A DNA stretch of 64,000 nt from Eledone cirrhosa (taxonomy: Eukaryota), in the NCBI GenBank assembly GCA_964016885.1, contig OZ024745.1, forward strand, positions 87,110,001-87,174,000, written 5' to 3'. Of the stretch, positions 44,163 to 58,080 are shown piece by piece. Position numbers and translations under genes: made by a program. The notes under the pieces are model-generated. The model searched no databases and was not told the origin of the DNA. It saw only the letters and a program-made list of their open reading frames with translations. Each line of letters begins with the position of its first letter. Position 1 is the stretch's first letter.

Positions 44163-46731
44163 AAAGCAGCGATTATTTGCTTAAACTTTAATCTGTTATT
44201 TTAATAAATATTTGCTCTAGGTTTCTTATATATTTGATATATATTTATCCGTATTGAGCCCTCTTTGGATTTTAGTTTTCAAATTTATTATTATTATTAT
44301 TTGGCTCCTTCGGTTGAGCACTCTATTGACTCTATTCAACATGCAGAAAAACACCTGAATATTTCTACAAAGAACATACCCGTACCTAGCAGGAAGACAT
44401 ACCTAAAACTTCTGATACAGAAAACCGATTCGTTCCTTAAAAGGTTGCGTTGGCGAGCCTTTTATTTTGATAACCAGGAAAAAGCGGACAATACACAGGA
44501 TAAATTTGGGTTTAAAAGTTATAATAACCCTCCGAGTAACCCAGCATTGCTACCCTTCCAAAACGATGTCTTGGAACTCATACGGAGTATCAAATTTCGG
44601 AATAGGAGCAATTCCTTCCAGCAGGACCTGAAGAATAGAATTCGTTCTATTAAGGATTCTAATGCTGTGCCTGTCCACTCCAACAAAACTAGCAATCTAT
44701 ATCAAGTGGAGCGCAGTACATACCATGAACTACCACATAATGCTGTAATTACCGGAAAACCAATCGGAGTGTCATAAACGACATCAACGATGCTGGGTTT
44801 AAAATCACCTCTGAACTCAACATCCAGGACCGGACTGAACCTCTGGACCCTATTACTCCCCACTTTACCCTGATGGATCACAAACCCAATTTCGCCAACA
44901 ACTCTTGTATTCGGCTAATTAATCCTACGAAGTCTGATTTAGGTAGACTTAGTAAAAGGATTTTAGATAGTATTATACCTCAAATTAGAAGCTTGGCCCC
45001 TCTTGCACTGTGGAATAATTCTTTCGCGGTGATTGATTAGTTCAATAGCATATGCAACAAGGAACATTGCCGTTTTATCCAATTCGACATCAATAATTAC
45101 TACTCCTCCATCACTTTACCATTTCTTCTTAGAGCTATGAATTTCGCTAAAACGCTCACGGTGGTTAAGGATTTCGAAGTTGATGTCATCCTCAAAGCCC
45201 GTAAATCGGTGATTAATTTCGACGACTCTATTTGGATAAAAAATCTAATAGTACCCCATTCGACGTGAGTATGGACGCCAGCAATTTGGTGGAGGTTACA
45301 GATATTATCGGTCTTATCGTTCTTTTCTCTATCAACGAAGAATTCCCCAACGTGGGCGGAGGTTTTTACCGCGATGACCGGCTTTTGACCATGACTAAGT
45401 ACGGCCCACGTGCTTGCGTTAGGTTCAGAAAAGAACTCACAGCCTTCTTTAAAGGTTTCAACCCCTCCATACAGGTTGAGGCCAGCCTCTTGGCCGTTGA
45501 CGTTACCCTCAATTTGCCGAATGGCCTGCACTACTCGTATATAAAGCCGAATGATACACTTAATTACATAAGTAAGCATTCTAACCATCCTGCCAGCATA
45601 ATCAAGAACCCGGTAAGAAACGTTTCTTTGAGGCTTTCTCGTCTATCTGTCTACAAACATATATTACAATGAAACTCTTGCTCGGAGTGGATTTGTCGAT
45701 AAAGTAGCATATATTGAGTATGAGCATAGACAAAGTAAAAATAGATCCCGACGCATTATATGGTATAACACACAGCTATTGAGGTGGCCATTAGCTAAGA
45801 TCTTCCACTCCCTTATTAAGAAGCATTTCCGCTCAGCACATAAATATAATAACATTTTTAATAGAAATACCATTAAAATATCTTACTCTACGACTCTTAA
45901 CCTTGCACATAACATCATTGCTTCAAATTTAGCTAAATTAGCTAGCCGTAGGAACACATGCAACGCTGAAGCTAGTACTAACTGTAATTGTAGGAATCGG
46001 ATTGACTGCCTTCTATCTGGGAAATGCTTCTCCTGTAACATTGTCTATATATGTAAGGTCGAAACACCCACGTCCCGTAGGGCCTACATAGGGTTATCCG
46101 CCAATAGATTCAAGCAGCGTCTTTACATGCACACCCATTATTTTCTTAACCTTTTAAGAAGGAATATGACGTCACTTTCAGCTTATATCTGGAGTCTAAA
46201 AGACAACCACACCCAATACAGGTTACAATGGAAGATCCTAGCTGAAGCTAGATCGTATAACGGAAATAAAAGACCATGCGATCTTTGCGTCGCTGAAGCC
46301 ATGGAAATACTCTACGTCAATGACCACATCTTAAACAAAAGAATTTGAAGCAATTTCCGCTTCTAAACACAAATTGTATAAAACTTTCCTGTATTACAGC
46401 CCCACATTATACCCTAACGGATAGTACGAACAATACGCGGATAATTTACGTCTTGATGTGGTAGCTAAGTATATTTTATGTTTATACCATTACTTATTTG
46501 TATAGGTAAGTATACCTTACCCGCATGTTTCGTGAAGGTACGTATACTTTCTCGTACGTATATAAGCTTGTATTTGTTATAGGTGTATATATTATATTAT
46601 ATATACTGGTATATGTATATGGTTATGTGTATATGTGTATTTGTGTTCGTGTGTGTATGCGTGTATGCGTGTTTGCACGTATGTAAGGTGTGTATATGTG
46701 TATATTGTGTTTTGGTTGACGTGCGTATGGT
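44163..46731 (+). mobile_element. Near full-length decayed Penelope-like (Naiad-like) element in a peroxidase intron, with inverted copy of its 3' tail at 43807-44162
   Basis: STKNIPVPSRKTYLKLLIQKTDSFLKRLRWRAFYF, FGFKS, GGFYRDD, SNHP, CNCRNRIDC...IVYIC...AYIG, CDLC; 43807-44162 is the reverse complement of 46410-46731. Confidence 0.93.
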
Positions 46732-48180
46732 AACATGTAACCCAGTACAACCTGTCGCATGGACGGGTCGTCGGCGACTAAACCGGCAACCCCACCAAGT
46801 TTACTTGGTGAGGAGGGGGATTTTGGACACACTGCAGGACAAAACACAAAACCTGACAAAGGGCGGAAGAACTCATAGGGGTCAACGGCTATTCAAATGT
46901 GTGTAAATATGTATATAGACATGTACATTTGTATGTATATGTATATGTGTATGTACATTGGTGCATGTGTATGTTTATGCGCGGGGACATAGAAATAGTC
47001 GGGCTGGACACCCGATCGCGCGGTTAAACTACTGGGAGTGAAGGATCCCTAGCCTTTCTCAGGGTATTCTTCTAGGAAAAGGCAACCCAGGAAACTGGGA
47101 TAACGCCGAGATAAAACCTGCGGCTTAGTAGTTACCGATGATGTTGATCTTTTCTTCTTTTCGGGTTATAACTACTGTCGCTCAGTGACAGTCTTTCCTC
47201 ACTTTAAAAAATATCTTCACGCATAGGCATTGCACGATGGAATTAATTAATAATTATTAATAATGTTTTATCGTGCAATGGCCATACACGATAACGAGGG
47301 GGCAGCCATCCATATTATCTATATATATATAATAAATTTATATCTGTACAATAGTACAGGTTTTCTTAACCAAAGCTACGTGAAATATATATGTAAACAC
47401 ACATTGTTTTTATATTTAAGTGTTTTTCGACAGATTGAAAAATGAGGAACAGCTTGATTCGAGATTTGATCTTTGTTGAGTTCATCCTCGAAAATGGTTT
47501 ACATTTTTCACATCAGTTAAATTGGAGAAGAAAGGCGTTTGATAATCATTCGCGTTTTTGATGGCATTGAATACTATATAGTTTGTAAAAAAACTTTCGT
47601 CACACATCTACAACTTACGATGCAAGAAAATTGTCATAGATTAGGTCATAGACGTACTACAAGCGCTTAATACTTTATATTATAAAAAATATATATAACA
47701 AAAGTTGATATATAATTAAGAACGTATTGTAACTGGCTATCATTACCCTTCCACAGTGAAATTGTTCCAGTTCCAATAAGTGATCTCAGATCAAGCAATT
47801 TGCCAAACAAGTACAAGAGTGATGCGCGTGCGTGTGTGTGCGTGCGTGTGTGTGTGTGTGTACATGTGAAAGAGACAAAAGACGAGAGAGAACAGAGAGG
47901 TCGGCTGGTGTTAGGCTACATGTTGAAATGTCAATCTTTCGTATACTCTCATACAAGTAGGTTGTGTCTGCAAAGAAAGGTAGTTAACATTTGCTAGTTC
48001 AGTCACTGAAGCTATAAATAATTGACTTTGATAAACTGTGATAGAATCATTTGTATGTAAGAAAGCTATTCACTGCTACGTGTGGTAATCTGTCATCTGC
48101 CTGAGGAATTTAGTAGAACACTTACTGATAATCAACAGACATCGTATGTAGTCCATAGTCCGAACATTGTTCAAGTTTAA

Positions 48181-49620
48181 TAATTGTTTCTACTTTTGGC
48201 ATAAGGCCAGCAATTACCCCAGTGCATTACTGGTGCTTTATTTTATCATCCCCGTAAGAATCAAAGGTAAAGTTAACCTCGGCGGGATTTGAAATCAGAC
48301 CGTAAAGGGGTGTAACTCTATGCTGCAAAACATGGCGTCCGACTCTCTACCGAGCAGCCAATCCACCGACCTTCAATCCACACACCGATGAAGTCTAATA
48401 ATGATTTTTACTATAGGCACAAGGCCAGCAATTTGGGGTGGGGGAGATGATTAAATAATCCCCAATTAATTACTGGTGCTTTATTTTATCGAGTTCGGAT
48501 GAAAGACAAAGAACTCAGAACATAAAGGGCGGTAAGTCTATGCAACAAAACAAGTTGTCCGACACTCTACCAATACTGCCAATCCACCTGTTCACGTCTA
48601 ACAATAAGGTATGAATACATGTGATCTGGTCTGAATTTCAACATTTCTTACTCAGATGATCTAATACTAATATTATTGCGGCCTGATCAGAGAAGGAAGA
48701 GTAGCTCCCATTACGTTTTCTGCATTCTGTGGTACGTCTTAGTTAGGTAGGGGTAGGTGAGTTATATCCATACTGAAGGCCTGGCCAGAATTTTACAACA
48801 AAAGGGACTCCACTGAGGGCATCATTGAATTTGTCTCATAAACTTTCAGTAAGCTCTATGTTCAACCCATAAAATGCTCTCTTTTATTATCTTTCCTTTG
48901 TTTGAGGTCGATGGATCAGCAGTATCGGTAGAACGTCGGACAATATGCTTTGCGGTATATAGTTACGTCCCTTTACATTCTGAGTTCAAATCCAGCCGAG
49001 GTAAACTTTGCCTTTCATCCTTACGAGGTCGGTAACATAATGTATCTACTGATACTTTATTCACTGGGGACAATTTAATCGATTTTCCCTCCTCCCCAAA
49101 TTGTTGGTCTTGTGTCTAAATCAGACACCATTATTTTCCCTTTCTTTGAGGTCGGTGGATTGGCAGTATCGGTAGATCGTCAGACCAAATGCTTTGCGGT
49201 ATTTACTTACAGCTCTTTACGTTTTGAGTTCAAATTCGTCTGAAATCAACTTTGTTTTTCATCCTTTCTGGATCGATAGAATAAAGTACCAGTCATATAC
49301 TGAATTACTGGCCGCTTGCCAAAATTAGAAATCATTGGGTCTTCTACCAGATATGTAATGTACAAGACTTTTACTAAAGCGCACAACTTGAATAAATAAC
49401 TCATTACTTGGGCCCTATCTTCTGTTGATAATACTTACACTACACTTGCCTTTCAATTAAATAATTGTTTCTACTTTTGGCACAAGGCCAGCAATTAACC
49501 AGTGTATTACTGGTACTTTATTTTATCGACCCTGTAAGGATGAAAGGCAAAGTTAACCTCGGCGGGATTTGAACTCAAAGCATGGCGTTCGACCCTCTAC
49601 CAATACTGCCAATCCACCGC
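48181..49620. mobile_element. Cluster of five SINEs: 48181-48369 (-), ~48410-48590 (-), 48906-49130 (+), 49150-49335 (+), 49462-49620 (-)
   Basis: Consensus SINE motifs on both strands, several subfamilies. Confidence 0.85.
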
Positions 49621-49752
49621 CTTTCAATTAAATAATAATCCCCAAATTTATTCATTCCCCAGGAAACATTTTTAAAATTATAATATATCCCTAATTTTCA
49701 TTTTTGTATTTTGTCTTTAAGTACCATTTTTTCCGTTTCTATTTAAATCTAG

Positions 49753-49859
49753 AGAATCGTGTTTTCCTATTTCGATTCCATCAAATGACAGACATTTCAA
49801 GAAATCTTGTTTAAATTTTGTCCGTTCCATGCAATCACCAAATTCTAAATGTAATTTCG
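49753..49859 (+). CDS. Heme peroxidase exon C
   Basis: ctag|...|gtaag, phase 2-1; ESCFPISIPSNDRHFKKSCLNFVRSMQSPNSKCNF (CFPI...C.nFvRS motif). Confidence 0.92.
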
Positions 49860-49892
49860 GTAAGCACGCGATTATTATTCTAAAGCAAGAAA

Positions 49893-49964
<72 letters not shown>

Positions 49965-49971
<7 letters not shown>

Positions 49972-51217
49972 ATACTTGGGGAGGGTCATATTTGTGTAAT
50001 ATTGCCAGAATTAATAACAGAACACACTCACTGTTTGGTTGGATTTCGCTTCTCGCTTCTGTGTCTTTTATATCGGTAATCTAATATACTCGCTCCTCAA
50101 TGTTGCCATTGACTGACCGACGCTCAAAAATAATACAGATACAATATAGACACAAACACATATATATAGTTTATCATAAATCTTTCGTTGCACATCGGCA
50201 ACATCGTCAGTGGTGCTATATTTTCCTCCTGTTGTATTGTATGTCTACGCCATTTTTATTCAGTCTGTCTATATATTTATTTATTTATTTGCTTGTTTGT
50301 TTATTTTATTTTGTCTTCTTTGCGCATGCGTTTGCGTGTGTGTATAGTGTTTTGTTTGCTGTGTGATGGATGACTAGTGTGTGTTTATGTGCTTGTTATT
50401 ATTGTGCTTGTGTATGTATTTATTTATTTATTTATTTATTTTATTTTATTTACTTATTTATACTTCTCTTAGGTCAGTGTTGTTTGTTTGGGTGTTGTTG
50501 TTATTCCATTCATTCTTTCTATTTAGCCTTGGTCTTCTAATTTCTATTTCACTGACCTCTCTGATTTGCCTATCTGCTGGGTCATTTCTATGTTTAGATA
50601 TTATTCTAATTTCTATGTTGTCTATGTTACCGTCATGTTGTTGTCTAGCATGTTCGTATAGTACTGACCCGTTTTTTCGTCCTTTTAGTTCCCCCCAGTG
50701 TTGGTCTATCCTTTCACCTATGCTACGAGCTGTCTCACCTATGTATGTTGTTGTCATGTTTCTGCAAGTACCCTCTGTACATCTTATACTATAGACTACG
50801 TTTCTAGTTTTACAGTTTATCCGGATAAACTGTAAAACTAGCAAACAAAACACTATACACACACGCAAACGCATGCGCAAAGAAGACAAAATAAAATAAA
50901 CAAACAAGCAAATAAATAAATAAATATATAGACAGACTGAATAAAAATGGCGTAGACATACAATACAACAGGAAGAAAATATAGCACCACTGACGATGTT
51001 ACAGATGTGCAACGAAAGATTTATGATAAACTATATATATGTGTTTGTATCTGTATTATTTTTGACCATCGGTCAGTCAATGGCAACATTGAGGACCGAG
51101 TATATTAGATTACCGATATAAAAGACACAGAAGCGAGAAGCGAAAACCAACCAAACAGTGAGTGTTATTAATTCTGGCAATATTACACAAATATGACCCT
51201 CCCCAAGTATAACAATA
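49965..51217 (-). mobile_element. 5'-truncated Penelope-like element of a different clade: GIY-YIG end 50458-50830, pLTR, and inverted pLTR 50840-51217
   Basis: NCKTRNVVYSIRC...TYIGETARSIGERIDQH...LNRKNEW; arms mirror each other and carry hammerheads at 50173-50214 (-) and 50986-51027 (+): CUGACGA-U-GUUGC/GCAAC-GAAA-GAUU-UA. Confidence 0.88.
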
Positions 51218-51258
51218 TTTGTTTCGACACACGATTTAATATAAAAAAACCTCGCAAA

Positions 51259-51301
<43 letters not shown>

Positions 51302-51394
51302 TTTTCGAAATAACAGAAAACAAAAAAACAAACATACGCAGGAGTATATGTTACACACACAGACAAACATACACACACACACACATACACCCCC

Positions 51395-51453
<59 letters not shown>

Positions 51454-51736
51454 TTAAATCTTAGACGGGAACAAAAACAGAGAGGCAGTACAAATGAGTT
51501 TATTAGGTTCACGCTTTTGAGAGTGGGGGTGGGTACGTTTCGGGCATAAGCCCTTCATCAGGAGAAAAGTGGGTAGGAAGAGAGTTCCGAGGGTGTGTAG
51601 GGGTGTGGTGGAAAGCCATTTAGAGAAGGGGGGGGGGGCGATTTTAGAAGTACAAATAAAAATAAACAAGTAGTGGAAGAGTGTGTGAGGCGTGTAGGGC
51701 TTGTGGGGGGTGGAGTTGGGAGAGGCCCTATATGTA

Positions 51737-51792
<56 letters not shown>

Positions 51793-52345
51793 TAAATACA
51801 CACATATATATATATAAATATATATATATAAATATACAATATATTAATAAATGGAAACTATATTTATAAAACCATATTTATTTTATTATACATATTTCAA
51901 GGGCAACCAAGGCAAATTCTGGTGCGCTTTCATCAAATAAAATACAGATTTGTTTTATAAATAAATATTGACGTACCCGGAAAAAAGACAACCTTAACGG
52001 TTGGAGCTTCCTGGATGGTGGAGATAGCACATTTATTGAGGGCAATTCAAAGTTATGAGTGAGTATGCAAATGGGAGGCCGAAAGGTTGAAAAGATAATG
52101 GTTTATTTAAATTAAACTGTTGGAAGAAGAAGATATAAGAACTTGTTGATTGCTTTATATCAGTTACAAAAATGTTTAAGCTTGTTGATTCCCAACAAAT
52201 TAAATATAACCTCTGCATATATATAAATATATATACGGGATAACAGGTTATCGTTACACTTAGATGTAGTCCAGTTAGTGAATTGTCAGCAATGCGAATA
52301 AAGCCCTTATTGTATAGCGAACCATGTCACTCTTCTTTCTTGAAT

Positions 52346-52412
<67 letters not shown>

Positions 52413-52572
52413 ATATTTGGGGAGGGTCATATTTGCGTAATATTGCCAGAATTAATAACAGAACACACTCACTGTTTGGTTGGTTTTCGCTTCTCGCTGT
52501 CTTTTATATATATATATTTGCGATCTAACTTACTCGCAATATAAAAAACCTCGCAAAACTAATTCATCGCCG

Positions 52573-52635
<63 letters not shown>

Positions 52636-53512
52636 ATTCAAGAAAGAAGAGTGACATGGTTCGGTTCGCTATACAATAAGGGCTTTATTCACATTGCTGA
52701 CATCGCTTTAAAGACCATATACCTCCGGTTGGTGCGAGCAACGACTAAAAAATAAAAAAAAGTCGTTGGGACACGTAAATAAAGGGGAAACGAGAGCGTA
52801 AACAAACAAAGATGGTGAAGCAACGAAAAGTAAGGAAGAACGAGTCAAGTCCCAAATTTCCATGAATATAAGTTCGGTGAAATCGTGAACGAGAGAGAAT
52901 AAAGACCATCAAACCTGGTTGGAATGTGAGCAAGGAAGGAATTCCGTACAGTTCTAACGGGAGGAAGAAGGAATATAGTCTGTGAATTCGGTGAACATAA
53001 GTTCTGTGAAATCGTAGACGAGAGAGAGGAAAAAAAGCGAACCAGCCTGACCAAGAGTGCGAAAGAAAAGAATTACGCACAGGTCAAACGGGAAGAAGGA
53101 GGAGCAGGAGAGGTAGTAACAGAGAGTGAGTGAGTGAAGGGTGAGGAAGAGGCTAACAGAGAGAGTGACTGTTAGAGAGGGTAAAGATACAGAGAAAGAG
53201 GAAGCAGTAAGAACGAAATAGACGGGTCACAGCGGGGGGAAAAATATGTGTAAATATGAGAATAAACGTGCTGCGTGGTTGCAAATGGGTTACATATGAA
53301 TAAAGTTAGTCCTTCTATATATATATATATATATATACGTATATATATATATATATACGTATATATATATATATAAGTAGAAGGGATATTTAATTTGTTG
53401 GAAATGCAACAAATATAAATGTTTATAACTGATTCAGAGCACTCGACAGTTTTTCTGGAGTAAATATTCAATGATATAAAATTAATGGAAACTATATTTA
53501 TAAAACCATATT

Positions 53513-53690
53513 TATTCTATTATATATATTTCAAGGGTACCAAAAACTTTGGTACGCTTTCGTCAGATAAAATACAAATGATAAGGTATGTTTCATTGGC
53601 TATGTCAAACTTTATACAACACACTTTGTATTTTATCTGCTGAAAGCGTACCAAAGTTTTTGGTACGCTTGAAATATATATAATAGAATA
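53513..53690. ncRNA. Divergent hammerhead pair (53513-53574 - intact; 53629-53690 + with CUGCUGA core); older copy 51879-51944 (-)
   Basis: UAUUUUAU-CUGACGA-AAGCGUACCAAA/UUUGGUACCCUU-GAAA-UAUAUA-UA-AUAGAAUA. Confidence 0.75.
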
Positions 53691-53746
53691 ATAGAAGTAT
53701 ATAGACATTTCCTGCATTTATTATTAGTTTATTAAATTTGCTTTAG

Positions 53747-53848
53747 GTTTCCGAGAACAGGTGAACCAGATTTCTGCCTATATGGACGGAGGAGCCGTTT
53801 ATGCTTCCACGAAAGAAAACCAAAATGAACTACGAACGAAATCCCAAG
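53747..53848 (+). CDS. Heme peroxidase exon D (Ca-binding segment)
   Basis: tttag|...|gtaat, phase 1-1; GFREQVNQISAYMDGGAVYASTKENQNELRTKSQ. Confidence 0.93.
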
Positions 53849-53855
53849 GTAATTA

Positions 53856-53920
<65 letters not shown>

Positions 53921-53986
53921 ATTGTTGCTTTAGAAGTAATTACTATTGCTGTCCAACTATATCTAGTGGGTGGGTGACAGACAGGC

Positions 53987-54041
<55 letters not shown>

Positions 54042-54119
54042 CCCACACACACCCATACACACATACACACTGAATTCGAAAGGGGTACGATTTAGAAGAG
54101 GAATGAATGAGTTAAATAT

Positions 54120-54700
54120 TTAATTGGAAGGCAGGAGGCTGAATTAAGTGCAAGAATTGCAGGAGCTGGTGCAATAATGCGTCAGCTTCAGCATTTAGTA
54201 ATCAGAAGAAGGGAGGTAGCCATAAAAGCCAAACTCACTATCTTCAATTCGGTATTCATGCCAACCCTTACCTATGGTAATAAATTTTGGGTAATAACCG
54301 AAAGAATACGATTGCAAATACAATCGGCCAACATGGGGTTCCTCCGAGGGTCTTTGGAGTAACGTTACTCGATAGAGTGCGTAGCTCGGAAATCCAAGAA
54401 TCACTCCAGGTAGAGCCGCTACTTCTCTGAAGCGAGAGATCACAGCACTAGTACAATGAGCCTGTGGTTAGAATGTCTCAGCAAAGAATCGCCGGACAGA
54501 TTTTACGGGCAAAACCAATTGGCAAGATACCCAGTGGCAGACTCCGAGAAAGATGGTTGGATAACATCCATGATCTTAGCTGGTCTCACTTGAAGATCCA
54601 ACCTGATCAGTTGGAGACGGTTGCTTCTGACAGGACCCACTGGAAGGAGTGTTTGGGTACTCCGTTACTACCAACCTCCCAGGAGTAAGTAGGCGAGCAA
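54120..54700 (+). mobile_element. RTE-type LINE 3' fragment
   Basis: AKLTIFNSVFMPTLTYG...W; VVRMSQQRIA...GRLRERW; frameshifted. Confidence 0.8.
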
Positions 54701-55875
54701 GAAGACACGCTACTTTCTTTCGGTAACTCGTAAGTCAGAAATAAAAGATACCTATGAGAAGGTAATGGAAGACAAAACTAATCCGATCGATCCGGAGTTC
54801 ATGCTAATAAAATTTCTTATTTTTACAGTGAGATTAATTATATATGTATCTATAACCCAGGCTGTATTGGTACTCTATTTACTTCAAGTCGCTAAAAGAG
54901 GAATAGTAATTGAATTTGATTTAAGTGTGAAGGAAAAAAGGCCGGATTTAAAAGGTCAGAAAACATTTTAGTAAAATTAAAAAAGGGAGAGGATGAAGGT
55001 TGTGTGTAATCAACTAATTGAGAGTGTTGGTAAAGAATGACATTTTTTCAAGTAAAAGCCCTTTAAAATAATATACCCCTTTTGTGTGTAGGAGTGTACT
55101 TGTGGAAAATGATCAGGCTAATTCTTTTTAAACCAAAAGGATCTGATAATTTTAGAGGAATATTGAAATAAGAATATGTAATTTTTAAGCAATAAAAAAT
55201 GTGATTTAGTTTCAAAACAAACAGAAGCTTGATAATTTCTCAGCGTACTGAGTTTACCTATTTCTTCTGATGAACTGGATAACATATTGCAAATAATATA
55301 TAATTGTTTTTTCATAAAAAAAAGTAGCAGAAGGAACCAGGAAATTATGAAGTATATACGAACATTTTTAATAGTATTTGTGACGTGTGTGTGTGTGTGT
55401 ACGCGCGCATGTGTATGCATGTGTGTGTGTGTACGCGCGCATGTGTATGCATGTGTGTGTGTGTATTTTAGTGAATATTTGTGTGTACGACTCGTTAAAT
55501 GTGTTAGTCTCTGTATACAAGTAATGTAATGAAAACATTAATTATTATTTTTGAAAGAAATGAACAAATTATTTTCATCAAACAAGTTGCTTCTCAAAGT
55601 GATTTTTGTTGCGCGGGTGGTGGGGTGGGTTATGGTAAAAATGTTTATAAATTAAAACAACAGACAAAAATATATTTAATTGTTAAAATGTGCAGTTAAT
55701 ATCTACTTGGTTGCAAATACGTACTTATTTATCATCTTCAGGGTGATGGGTTGTCAATATCAACACAGCATAGGACTAAAGGCTTTGCGTTATTTAGTTT
55801 CAACGTTTTACGTTCTGAGAGCAAATCCAGCACACGACATCTTTGATTTTCATCCTTCCTGGGTTGATATAATAT

Positions 55876-56060
55876 AATTGTTTCTACTTTTGGCACAAGA
55901 CCAGCTATTACTCCAGTGTATTACTGGTACTTTATTTTATCGACACCGTAAGGAAGAAGGCAAAGTTAACCTCGGCGGGATTTGATCTCAGAATGGCAAG
56001 GGCCGTAAATCAATGCGTCAAAGCATGGCGTCCGACCCTCTACCGATTCTGCCAATCCAT
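55876..56060 (-). mobile_element. Octopus-type SINE (an older + copy lies at ~55745-55870)
   Basis: Reverse complement of the consensus. Confidence 0.88.
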
Positions 56061-56445
56061 CCCTGGATTGATCTAATATAATACCACTAAATTATTGGTG
56101 TCGATTTAATCGGGACTGGAACCATATGATTCCAGTTCCTCGGAGGACTAACAACACACCCAGGTGCTGGACATATCGATATATTGACAGAGTGAAACAC
56201 ACTTCAACAACATGTGTACCTGTCTTTTCCACACCAATTCGGACTGCCTGAAGAGATCACAGCCAATAATAGCTTAAACCAAAATATATATAGCAGTAAA
56301 TTTATAATTTATAATAAACGAAGTCAAATTTTACATATTTGACTTATTTTATTTTACATTACTCCGGAGTAAACGAATCAGCCTGCGTACTTCGTCGAGT
56401 GCTCCATTCTGCAGACTGAGGGGTCGGTAAACAACCAACATATAC

Positions 56446-56498
<53 letters not shown>

Positions 56499-56915
56499 CT
56501 TATGCATATTAACGGCTGAGTAGCCCAATTTGCATATCGAGTGGGTTAATCGGCCGGGTGCACTGAAAACGATAAACGGAAAAAATGAAACGAAATTTCA
56601 TTTCCCACTCTTAGTACGGCTGTTACTTAAATATAAGTATGTATACGTACATACATATATGTATACAGACGAACAGTAGTATGTATATATATATATATAT
56701 ATACATACATGCACACATATATATATATATATATGTACGCATGGATTCACCAAACATTTATTATAATATTTAAGTATTATATTTAAGTAACAGCCGTACT
56801 AAGAGTGGGAAATAAAATTTCGTTTCATTTTTTCCGTTTATATACATATATATATATATAAATATACGTATGTATACATATATATATATATATATATATA
56901 AATATACATATGTAT

Positions 56916-56967
<52 letters not shown>

Positions 56968-57044
56968 CAAAGAGAGTATGGTGAGAAACCAGGTGGACAT
57001 GTGTGCGTGTGTGTGTGTGTACGATATGTTTTTTAATTAATGGT

Positions 57045-57222
57045 TTCTGATCTAAGCACAAGGCTAGCAATTTTGCGAGACTTGTACTTTATTTTATCGA
57101 TCCCGTAAGGATGAAAGGCAAAGGTAACCATAGTGGGATTTGAACTCAGGGCGTAAAGGGCTGTTACTAAATACTGCAAAGCATATTGTCCGACGCTTTA
57201 CCTATACTGTCAATCATCTGCC
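57045..57222 (-). mobile_element. Diverged SINE
   Basis: ttttatcgatcccgtaaggatgaaaggcaaa...gggatttgaactcag. Confidence 0.8.
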
Positions 57223-57804
57223 CTTTTTAATTAAGAAATGAAACACTCTGAACAACTAATACCTATAATTACTTCGTTGAGTTCCCTTCCAGAGACTTCA
57301 TGTAGACAGATTACCAAGAACTGAGTCATTTTGGCAAATCACATTTGTTAACTGTCGAAAAAATTTCAGAAACTGGGTTTAAATAAAGTGGACTTGAATC
57401 TAAACAAGAATGACAAGAACTGAAATGTCAATTTAAGACACTAGAGTTTGACCAAACAAGGACTTTATGACACAAATGTTACGTGATACAAACGTTTTTA
57501 CTTTTAAACAAATAGAACCACCCCCTTCCTCATTGATTTCCTTTGTAAAATAATTAAGTAAAATAATTAATTAAATATAAATGAATAAACACGTGAAAAT
57601 AAAATAAAGAGACATATAAATCAATCAAAGTCTAATCAGTTTTCCCTAGAAGCATATTATTTGCAAGTATTGATTCTTTATAGAATTAGTTATAAACTGG
57701 TGATAGATGCATTTATAGTTCTGTATAATATAATGGTGATTTCTTTTGCTTAATTAATCGATTAGATTGGAATTTTTTTAAATGTGAAAATGGCATAGTT
57801 GATT

Positions 57805-58080
57805 AACTGGTTAGTTAGTTAGTAATTAGTTAGTGGTAGATGTGTGAGGGAGTGAGTTAGTAATTAGTTAGTTAGTAAGTAGATGAGCGAGGTAGTGAGT
57901 TAGTAAGGTAGTTAGTAAGTAGTTAGTGAGTGGAGGAGAGAGGTAGTGAGTTTGTAGTGAGTGGATGTGTGAGGGATTGAATGAGGAGATCATTAATTAG
58001 TTAGGTAGGGATTGAATGAGTGAGTAAGTTAGTTAGGTAGTAATTGAATGAGTGAGTAAGTTAGTTAGGTAGTGAGTGAA
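57805..58080. repeat. Degenerate (TAGT/TGAG)n tetranucleotide satellite
   Basis: Repeated ttagttagtaagtgagtgag units. Confidence 0.8.

Noticed and set aside
56160-56225. Possible hammerhead (GAAACACA...UGUGUA-CCUG with upstream CAGG)
   Set aside because: No recognisable CUGANGA or UUGANAA core and no convincing stem II.
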